A stretch of 33,113 nucleotides of DNA from a virus. Its lineage: Duplodnaviria > Caudoviricetes. How positions within the stretch are numbered: position 1 is the first letter of the stretch; every line of letters starts with the position of its first letter. Positions 27,029 to 33,113 of this stretch are shown piece by piece. The translations under genes were made by a program, and so were the position numbers. The stretch spans positions 1 through 33,113 of the IMG/VR virus record IMGVR_UViG_3300020043_001584. One strand, written 5' to 3'. The notes below the pieces were generated by a model, which did not search any database, was not told the origin of the DNA, and was given only the letters and a program-made list of their open reading frames with translations.

Positions 27029-27493
27029 ATGGGTGTCAAAATGTGGATTAAACAGATCAAGCAAGGAAGCAACATTGTGGCTTTGTATAGCAACATAGTC
27101 ACAAAAGAAGAAATATACGAAACGAAATGCGGCCAAAGTTTTACAAAGAATACTCACAAACTTTGTGACAAGCCTACTGATTTTTTAATTCCCAAAGATT
27201 TTGGGCCTTGGGATTTTTACGTTGGCACTGCCGACATTTGCAACAAAACCATAATTGGTAGTTATTGCTGCGACGGAGACGGAATTGTGTCTGTCGAATT
27301 GTCAACCGACGGTTTTATCCGTTTATACGATCAAGGCACTTATGTGCGTCGTCTCAAGTCTGACATTGATCAAGCAATGGTTCAGGCTACTCGCTATGTT
27401 CGCACACATTACAACGGCATTTATGAGGATGTTTTAGCATTTGATTATCAGGTGTCAGCGCCAGCAGTAAAGTTCAGAATTAAAAATTTATGA
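27029..27493 (+). CDS. hypothetical early protein
   Basis: Long ORF after AT-rich divergent intergenic region; start 27029 or 27041. Confidence 0.6.
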   Translation: MGVKMWIKQIKQGSNIVALYSNIVTKEEIYETKCGQSFTKNTHKLCDKPTDFLIPKDFGPWDFYVGTADICNKTIIGSYCCDGDGIVSVELSTDGFIRLYDQGTYVRRLKSDIDQAMVQATRYVRTHYNGIYEDVLAFDYQVSAPAVKFRIKNL

Positions 27494-27756
27494 CTATAGA
27501 TTATGGCAATTCCACAAAAAAGAATTATTACAATACCAGAAGATTCTCAGAAATACTCCTCAGATTTACCTCGCAGTGAATGAACAATGCAGGAGTGGAT
27601 TGAGGATTTAACGATGTATAGGAAATATAGGCACTGGCTTTCGGCTCGTAGCAACGTTCAATATCAGTGTTGTATATAAGTACATAAGAACTCGTATAGA
27701 GGAAAAGGAAAAAGATATACAAAAAGCTGATGATATACTTAACTATTTAAACAACT

Positions 27757-28128
27757 ATGGCAGAGACAAACAAAAAGTTCACACCTGAACAAATCAGAGC
27801 ATTCGAGGATAAATACAATCTCGGAGTAAACAATCGAGAAGCTATAGTAGAGTTATTTATGAGACAGCAAGAGCAGATAGATGAGATAGCGAAAAATCTT
27901 CATGTAGAGAAAACGTATTGATTCGAATGCGTAAGAGAATCATTATTTGATAAATTTAATAATCCAGATAGAACAAATTATCCATATTATTCTCATAATG
28001 CTCAACAATGTGCATTAATAGCAGTAGATGAAATAATTAAAGCATTACCGCCATTTGAATATGGTTTAGAATTTGTTGCTAAAATTGAATTTTGGAATAA
28101 AGTTAAAAAAGAAATAAAAGCATTATGA
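27757..28128 (+). pseudogene. chimeric or TGA-interrupted ORF
   Basis: One frame ATG 27757 to TGA 28126 with internal TGA at 27919; distal half LFDKF...AQQCALIAVDEII...FWNKVKKEIKAL resembles a common Bacteroidota-phage protein lacking its N-terminus. Confidence 0.55.
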
Positions 28129-28562
28129 GAGAAGTACACAAGACATATATGGCAGAACTTGAAATAGAGGTTTTGCGAGAAAAGAACAAAAAGCTAAAAC
28201 AAGAAATAAATCAATTAAAGGATTTATTAGACAAACATTTAAACATAAAAACAATAAGAATGGACAAAGAACAACAAAAGGAGTATGCAATTCAAATAGC
28301 CGAAAAAGTGTGCAATTATTACCAAATTAACTACGGGAAAATGATGTCCAAATACAGGGGCGAGGAAGTTACTTTGGCAAGACAAATGACTATGTACTTT
28401 ACCAAAGAAAAGACTGAATTAAACGGCGAGGAAATAGCTAAATTGTTTAATAGGGATAGGACAACAGTATTGCACTCAATCCAAAAGATTCGTGGACAAT
28501 TGACAAATAAGTTTGATGATACCATAAAAAAGGATGTTTTCAACTTAAATGTGCTTATTTAA
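28125..28562 (+). CDS. DnaA C-terminal (domain IV) HTH protein
   Basis: KVCNYY..., ARQMTMYF...EEIAKLFNRDRTTVLHSIQKI matches DnaA domain IV signature. Confidence 0.85.
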   Translation: MREVHKTYMAELEIEVLREKNKKLKQEINQLKDLLDKHLNIKTIRMDKEQQKEYAIQIAEKVCNYYQINYGKMMSKYRGEEVTLARQMTMYFTKEKTELNGEEIAKLFNRDRTTVLHSIQKIRGQLTNKFDDTIKKDVFNLNVLI

Positions 28563-28613
28563 TTAGGTTATTAACACTAAAAGTATTAATTTTAAACTCT
28601 AAAACCAACCAAT

Positions 28614-29333
28614 ATGAACGAACAACAACTGGCTAAAAAGCCACAACTTTCGTACACGAAAGATCAAGTAGAGTTAGTAAAATCGCAGATTGCTCCAGAA
28701 GCAACAGTTGATGAACTAAAGCTATTTCTTTATCAAGCACAAAGAACTGGACTTGATGCATTATCAAGGCAGATTTATTGCATCCATCGGAACGTTAAAA
28801 CGCAAAACGGATGGGCTAAAAAAATGACCATTCAAACAAGCATTGATGGCTTCCGAGTAATCGCTGAACGTAGCGGAAACTATGGTGGACAAAGCGAACC
28901 AACTTTAACCTTTAAGGAAAATGGGGAAGTTGAATCTTGTAAAATAACAGTCTTTAAGTTTAGAGGCGATATTCGTTATGAAGCTGCAACATCAGTAGTA
29001 TATTTTGATGAATATGTGCAAAGGGATAAAGAAGGTAAACCAATGGGATTATGGAATCGTATGCCGATTGTGATGATACAGAAGGTGTGCGAAGCGGTTT
29101 GCCTACGCCGTGCATTTCCGCAAGATTTAAGCGGACTTTATACAGGTGATGAAATGGCGCAAAGTGATGAAAAACCAGCCTATATTAAAACGCACGATAA
29201 TCTTGATGACTTGGAGTTAGCTATTGATTTATGCATTAGCACAAACGAATTAGCTGAACTTTACACATTGAATCAAGAATTAGCCGATAAAGAAGTAACT
29301 AAATTATTTACCAAGAAAAAACAAACTTTATGA
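28614..29333 (+). CDS. bet: Bet/RecT-family ssDNA annealing recombinase
   Basis: ELKLFLYQAQRTGLD...QIY, IQTSIDGFRVIAERSG.YGG, W..MP..MI.KVCEAVCLRRAFP..LSGLY..DEM. Confidence 0.9.
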   Translation: MNEQQLAKKPQLSYTKDQVELVKSQIAPEATVDELKLFLYQAQRTGLDALSRQIYCIHRNVKTQNGWAKKMTIQTSIDGFRVIAERSGNYGGQSEPTLTFKENGEVESCKITVFKFRGDIRYEAATSVVYFDEYVQRDKEGKPMGLWNRMPIVMIQKVCEAVCLRRAFPQDLSGLYTGDEMAQSDEKPAYIKTHDNLDDLELAIDLCISTNELAELYTLNQELADKEVTKLFTKKKQTL

Positions 29334-29575
29334 CACCATTAAATAAACTATGGGATTTAAGAGAAGCAGTTAAGTTCTGGAATTACAAAGTTGAAACAAG
29401 CTATCCTCAAAATGCAAGTGAAATGATTCATCAATTAAATTTAGCTAAGTATAAACTTAAACTACATAAACAAAAACACTTCCCAGAGTTATTAGATCAA
29501 CCTAAAAGGGATTATGTTCCTTATCAAATGTTAGCTGATAAATTTGAAGTATTTGAAAACTATTTAAACGATTAA
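29330..29575 (+). CDS. hypothetical protein
   Basis: ATGA overlap with bet stop. Confidence 0.7.
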   Translation: MTPLNKLWDLREAVKFWNYKVETSYPQNASEMIHQLNLAKYKLKLHKQKHFPELLDQPKRDYVPYQMLADKFEVFENYLND

Positions 29576-29577
29576 CT

Positions 29578-29745
29578 ATGCCTTATTCAACTTGCTGCGG
29601 AGCATATACCGATATGGAGGAAATTGGAATTTGTCCAGATTGTTTAGAACATTGCGATTGGGAAGAAGAAGAAGATGAGGAAGAATTAGAACAAGATAGG
29701 CAAAACGAAATAGCATTAGAACAAGAACAATTAAATAAACATTAA
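29578..29745 (+). CDS. small acidic Cys-rich (zinc-binding) protein (55 aa)
   Basis: MPYSTCCGAYTDMEEIGICPDCLEHCDWEEEEDEEELEQ...; AACTATG start. Confidence 0.7.
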   Translation: MPYSTCCGAYTDMEEIGICPDCLEHCDWEEEEDEEELEQDRQNEIALEQEQLNKH

Positions 29746-29755
29746 ACTTAAAACA

Positions 29756-30238
29756 ATGATACAAATTAATAATGCTGGATTATATATGGAGTACTTGGGT
29801 TATAGAGTTTATAGTAATGGTAGAATATTTAGTTTAACAAGAAATAGGTTTATTAAGGCTTTTGATGATGGTAATGGTTATCTTACTGTCAAATTAAGAA
29901 TTGACAATAAATCAAAAAATGTTAAAGTACATAGATTATTAGCTATGTTATTTATACCAAATTTTAACAATAAAGAACAAGTAAACCATATTGACGGAGA
30001 TAAGTATAATAATAATATCAATAATTTAGAATGGTGCAGTAGATCATATAATATGCAACACGCATACAAATTAGGATTAAAGAAAAAGGATAATTCTAAG
30101 TTTGTTGTAGATTTAGATACGGGAATCTTTTATGATTCAGCGAAGGATGCTGCGTTCGCTAAAAATATAAATTATAGAACTTTAAGAGTAAAATTAGCAG
30201 GATTTTATAAAAACAATACATCAATTATATACATTTAA
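29756..30238 (+). CDS. HNH homing endonuclease (NUMOD4/HNH/NUMOD1-like)
   Basis: YRVYSNGRIFS, KVHRLLAMLFIPN...QVNHIDGDKYNNNINNLEWCSRSYNMQHA, TGIFYDSAKDAA. Confidence 0.92.
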   Translation: MIQINNAGLYMEYLGYRVYSNGRIFSLTRNRFIKAFDDGNGYLTVKLRIDNKSKNVKVHRLLAMLFIPNFNNKEQVNHIDGDKYNNNINNLEWCSRSYNMQHAYKLGLKKKDNSKFVVDLDTGIFYDSAKDAAFAKNINYRTLRVKLAGFYKNNTSIIYI

Positions 30239-30248
30239 AACAACAATT

Positions 30249-30521
30249 ATGATAGTACTAAACATTTGCAAACAAGAAATTAACTGGAAAGAAGCTAAAA
30301 ACGGCAAACACTACGCAAACGTAGCTACCGACTTTTTAAAGCAACCAGATGACAAAGGAAACACCCACACAGTATGGAACAATCAAACAATGGAGGAACG
30401 AGCAGAAAAGGCAAAGAAAAACTACTGTGGCAGAGGTAAGCAAGTTTCTTATAATGCACCAACAGGTAAAAAGGAATTTGCCGTAAACCAACAGGAAAGC
30501 GAGGATGACTTGCCCTTCTGA
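30249..30521 (+). CDS. putative SSB-like protein
   Basis: KNGKHY...PDDKGNTHTV...EER....NYCGRGK and EDDLPF tail; next to bet. Confidence 0.65.
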   Translation: MIVLNICKQEINWKEAKNGKHYANVATDFLKQPDDKGNTHTVWNNQTMEERAEKAKKNYCGRGKQVSYNAPTGKKEFAVNQQESEDDLPF

Positions 30522-30574
30522 TATTAACCCCCACGTTGGGCGATAACGTTAAGCGCAAATTTAAACCTACAACT

Positions 30575-30841
30575 ATGATTGGTAAAAAAATAATAATAAA
30601 TAAAAAACATCCAATGTTGTGTAGAGATGATAAACCAATAGACATTGAATGTACGATATTAGACAAGATATTTTGTCAAGAAAAAATAACTAAATATGTT
30701 GGAACATCTGATGGTTATTATGGTAGAGATGAATTATTTAGTGTAATATCAGTTACAAAGTATTTAATATGTTATGATGTATTTGATAGACAAGAATTAG
30801 AAATAATTAAACCTAATGAAATAAAAAAAGTATTAATTTAA
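30575..30841 (+). CDS. hypothetical protein
   Basis: Start at AAACCTACAACTATG; AT-rich. Confidence 0.65.
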   Translation: MIGKKIIINKKHPMLCRDDKPIDIECTILDKIFCQEKITKYVGTSDGYYGRDELFSVISVTKYLICYDVFDRQELEIIKPNEIKKVLI

Positions 30842-30852
30842 AAACTACAACT

Positions 30853-31032
30853 ATGGGATGGAAATCTACAACTGATATAACAAGAGAAGATGCTATTGCA
30901 TTAATTTTTCAACATTTATCTAAAGTCCATTATATGTCAAATACACAAATTGAAGATTTACTTGAAACACTTGGATTTGGTGAAGATTCAGATAAACCTT
31001 ATTTTGGACATAATTTTAATATTATAAACTAA
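30853..31032 (+). CDS. hypothetical protein (59 aa)
   Basis: MGWKSTTDITREDAIALIFQHL...YFGHNFNIIN; repeat-defined start. Confidence 0.65.
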   Translation: MGWKSTTDITREDAIALIFQHLSKVHYMSNTQIEDLLETLGFGEDSDKPYFGHNFNIIN

Positions 31033-31046
31033 TAAAACCTACAACT

Positions 31047-31241
31047 ATGAGCCAAACAACACAAATCGCAAACTACCTAAATAAGGGTAGAAAATTAACC
31101 CCTATTGATGCTTTAAACAAGTTCGGATGCTTTAGATTAGCAGCACGAATAGCTGATCTTAGAAATGATGGTATGAACATAAAAACTACCATTGTTAAGC
31201 TAAAAAATAAGAAGCAAATAGCACAATATTCGGTTAATTAG
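31047..31241 (+). CDS. small winged HTH protein
   Basis: QIANYL..G.KLTPIDAL..FGCFRLAARIADLR..G..I.T...AQY. Confidence 0.8.
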   Translation: MSQTTQIANYLNKGRKLTPIDALNKFGCFRLAARIADLRNDGMNIKTTIVKLKNKKQIAQYSVN

Positions 31242-31243
31242 TT

Positions 31244-31251
31244 TAACTTTG
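31244..31251 (+). promoter_or_regulatory. Bacteroidota sigma-70 -7 element
   Basis: TAACTTTG = TAnnTTTG, just before the structured leader. Confidence 0.6.
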
Positions 31252-31255
31252 TACA

Positions 31256-31338
31256 AAGGTGTCGGATACCTTATACTAACTTATTGGCTCAAAGCTGAAA
31301 CCCTAATCCGACTGGGGTGGAAGCCGAGAGCCTTTTTT
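31256..31338 (+). ncRNA. candidate cis-regulatory kissing-loop RNA in rep leader
   Basis: Hairpin 1 AAGGU[GUCGGAU]ACCUU; hairpin 2 GGCUC..GCU..ACCCUA[AUCCGAC]UGGGGU..AGC..GAGCC-UUUUUU; the two 7-nt loops are exact reverse complements. Confidence 0.7.
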
Positions 31339-31344
31339 ATTTTT

Positions 31345-32073
31345 ATGGCAAAAAGATTTACTGATACAGAAAAATGGAAAAAGCCTTTTATAAGGTCTTT
31401 AAAAGCCCCTTACAAGCTCCTATGGTTATATGTTTGTGATGACTGCGACCATTCTGGGATTTGGCAAGTTGATATAGAAGTTGCACAAATAAGGATTGGC
31501 GAAAAGTTAGATGAACAAAAAGCATTAGAATATTTTGGGGATAAGATAATACCATTAGAAAATAATACTAAATGGTTTATTCCAAGTTTTATTGAGTTTC
31601 AATATCCAAGCGGTTTAAGTGAAAACAACAAAGCGCATACAGGAATAATCAAAAATTTAGAAAGGTATAAAGAACAAATTGAAAATTATAAGCCCCATAC
31701 AAGCCCCTTGCAAGGGGACAAGGTTATGGTTATGGATAAGGTAATGGTTAAGGATAAGGTTAAGGTAATGGTAATAATGCCATTTGAAAGCGAAGAATTT
31801 TTAAATTATTGGGAAATGTGGAAGGAATTTAAAAGAAAACAATTTAAGTTTACATACGCTACTCCACAGAGCGAACAAGCAGCTTTAAAAGACTTGGTAA
31901 AACTATCAAATGGAAATGAACAAATTGCACTACAAATAATTGAACAATCATTAGCAAAAGGCTGGAAAGGTTTTTTTGCAATTAAAAACGAAACAAATGC
32001 AACAGGAATTAGCAACAATCACAAACCAAATTTTAGTGAAAGAGAATGGGATGCCCTTAGAAATTTACACTAA
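31345..32073 (+). CDS. phage replication initiator (lambda O-analogous)
   Basis: MAKRFTDTEKW..PFIRSL..PYKLLWLYVCDDCDHSGIW N-domain, repeat linker, C-terminal WEMWKEFKR...IIEQSLAKGWKGFF. Confidence 0.75.
   Translation: MAKRFTDTEKWKKPFIRSLKAPYKLLWLYVCDDCDHSGIWQVDIEVAQIRIGEKLDEQKALEYFGDKIIPLENNTKWFIPSFIEFQYPSGLSENNKAHTGIIKNLERYKEQIENYKPHTSPLQGDKVMVMDKVMVKDKVKVMVIMPFESEEFLNYWEMWKEFKRKQFKFTYATPQSEQAALKDLVKLSNGNEQIALQIIEQSLAKGWKGFFAIKNETNATGISNNHKPNFSEREWDALRNLH
31690..31779 (+). repeat. putative origin iterons and hexamer repeats in rep gene
   Basis: AAGCCCCATAC-AAGCCCCTTGC, palindrome CCCCTTGCAAGGGG, then GGTTAT/GGTAAT/GGATAA/GGTTAA hexamer run. Confidence 0.65.
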
Positions 32074-32722
32074 ACTTGAACCAGATGAATTAAAGGTTGC
32101 AGTTGCTTTAGAAACTATGAGTGTTAGCAGATGCTCACCTATTGAGGTAAAAGAGCATTTAAAGACCTGTATTGCTTTAAGCGGATGTCAAACACCATCT
32201 ATTGATTCCTTTCAATTTTTATGCGAATTTGTAATTAAGAACTATGGCAACTTTAAACTAAAAGAACTTGGAGTGGCTTTTGAACTTTACGCAATGGGCA
32301 AATTATCAGTTGACAAAGCAATTATGTTTACCCCTAAATTCTTTGGTGATGTGATGGCAGCATATAAGCCAATAGCTTTGCAAGTAAGACAAAAGACCTA
32401 TGTAGAACCGCAACCAATAGAAGTACCTAAAATCAATGATGACGAAATTATAGAAGCCTTGTACGAAAATTGGAATAAGTCGGCTAAAAGAGGCTGGGAA
32501 TTGCTAAATACAATGGCTTTTGATGTACTATGGAAACGAAAGGAATTAAACAAGGAAAATCTAAGTCCAGATAAGGCAGACCAGATTAAGAAAAAGATAA
32601 TAGCACATTACAAGGTAACTGCTAAAACACCTAAAGACTTAGAGAAATTAAATAACGAAATATTTATAAAAAACGAGTGCAAAAGATATACTTTGTACCT
32701 ATTTTTACAAAATCAATTATGA
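31997..32722 (+). CDS. hypothetical protein, possible helicase loader by position
   Basis: Overlaps rep 3' end; YGNFKLKELGVAFELYAMGKL...FFGDVMAAY. Confidence 0.6.
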   Translation: MQQELATITNQILVKENGMPLEIYTKLEPDELKVAVALETMSVSRCSPIEVKEHLKTCIALSGCQTPSIDSFQFLCEFVIKNYGNFKLKELGVAFELYAMGKLSVDKAIMFTPKFFGDVMAAYKPIALQVRQKTYVEPQPIEVPKINDDEIIEALYENWNKSAKRGWELLNTMAFDVLWKRKELNKENLSPDKADQIKKKIIAHYKVTAKTPKDLEKLNNEIFIKNECKRYTLYLFLQNQL

Positions 32723-32838
32723 AACAATTAACATTTATTTATGAATTGCTAAAGTTTACGCTGATTAGTGTTCCTTTAGCTTGTTGTATTTATTTAACGG
32801 CACATTTATACTTTGAAATAAAACGATTATTGAGATGA
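32719..32838 (+). CDS. small membrane peptide (39 aa)
   Basis: ATGA overlaps both sides; MKQLTFIYELLKFTLISVPLACCIYLTAHLYFEIKRLLR. Confidence 0.55.
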   Translation: MKQLTFIYELLKFTLISVPLACCIYLTAHLYFEIKRLLR

Positions 32839-33032
32839 CAGGAATAGACAACAACATTGAGGTTAAATTAATTTATTTAGATACAAAAGAGGAAATATGG
32901 TTTAGGTCAATAGCAAAGGCGATAAGGTTTTTAGGTACTGACTACAAGACCATAATGACCTATATGAACCCAATAAACAAAAAACGATACAAGCATAACG
33001 ATAGATTATGTGTTGTTAGATTGAAAAAGTAA
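32835..33032 (+). CDS. small NUMOD1-like HTH protein
   Basis: DTKEEIWFRSIAKAIRFLGTDYKTI. Confidence 0.6.
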   Translation: MTGIDNNIEVKLIYLDTKEEIWFRSIAKAIRFLGTDYKTIMTYMNPINKKRYKHNDRLCVVRLKK

Positions 33033-33035
33033 CCC

Positions 33036-33043
33036 TAATTTTG
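33036..33043 (+). promoter_or_regulatory. Bacteroidota -7 element
   Basis: TAATTTTG four bases before ATG 33048 (near-leaderless). Confidence 0.45.
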
Positions 33044-33047
33044 CTTT

Positions 33048-33113
33048 ATGCCATTGATACCTTTACCAAAGTTGTTAGAAAAGACCCAAAAGGTAGTAAA
33101 TGCGTACATAAGG
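33048..33113 (+). CDS. NinG/Rap-like protein, N-terminus (truncated by window)
   Basis: LLEKTQKVVNAYIR resembles the NinG Q..FN.YIR.RD motif; only 22 codons visible. Confidence 0.5.
   Translation, partial: MPLIPLPKLLEKTQKVVNAYIR

Larger units (their letters stand above)
1..27493. mobile_element. Segment A: podovirus-like tailed phage genome (partial), probable Proteobacteria host
   Basis: Complete terS-terL-portal-scaffold-capsid-tail tube-fibre-ejection protein-lysis gene set with no tape measure; AGGAG/AAGGA SD sites; CTGT-N8-ACAG LexA boxes of beta/gamma-proteobacterial type. Confidence 0.9.
30563..31049 (+). repeat. three direct repeats AAA(C/A)CTACAACTATG at consecutive gene starts
   Basis: 30563-30577, 30841-30855, 31035-31049. 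Confidence 0.8.
27940..33113 (+). mobile_element. Segment B: early/replication region of a Bacteroidota-type phage
   Basis: AT-rich, A-rich SD-less starts (AAACAACTATG), TAnnTTTG promoter elements, Bet-SSB-rep-NinG order. Confidence 0.8.

Noticed and set aside
27978-27986. DnaA box-like TTATCCATA near the DnaA-C gene
   Set aside because: Single mismatched copy inside coding sequence; expected by chance in AT-rich DNA
31249-31344. N-terminal extension of Rep given by the ORF track
   Set aside because: Covers the promoter-proximal structured leader; ATG 31345 (MAKRFTD) is the more plausible start
1-33113. tRNA, rRNA, integrase or IS elements
   Set aside because: None recognised by eye

Overview
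The window is entirely bacteriophage DNA and appears to be a composite of two unrelated phages. Segment A (1 to ~27,490; moderate GC, Shine-Dalgarno-led genes) is most of a podovirus-like tailed phage, probably of a proteobacterial host. It has an ERF/SSB recombination block on +. On - it carries a long late operon: terS, terL, portal, scaffold, major capsid, tail tube A/B, an S74-chaperone tail fibre, three ejection proteins, lysis genes, an HEXXH protease and a metallophosphoesterase. Four free-standing HNH/EndoVII homing endonucleases are inserted in this segment. Segment B (~27,940-33,113; AT-rich, no SD sites, TAnnTTTG promoters) is the early/replication region of a Bacteroidota-type phage: DnaA-C protein, Bet recombinase, HNH, SSB, replication initiator with iterons, and a NinG start. 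A ~450 bp spacer with in-frame TGA codons joins the two segments. The most striking non-coding signals are (i) a dense ~270 bp array of apparent host repressor operators next to terS (3 LexA boxes, 2 Fur boxes, a LysR-type palindrome and 7 GGGTTTACCCT-type sites), (ii) a kissing-loop RNA with 7 perfectly complementary loop bases in the leader of the replication initiator, and (iii) homing endonuclease genes that each duplicate or mimic the translation start of the gene downstream. All calls come from motif recognition by eye; no database searches were run.
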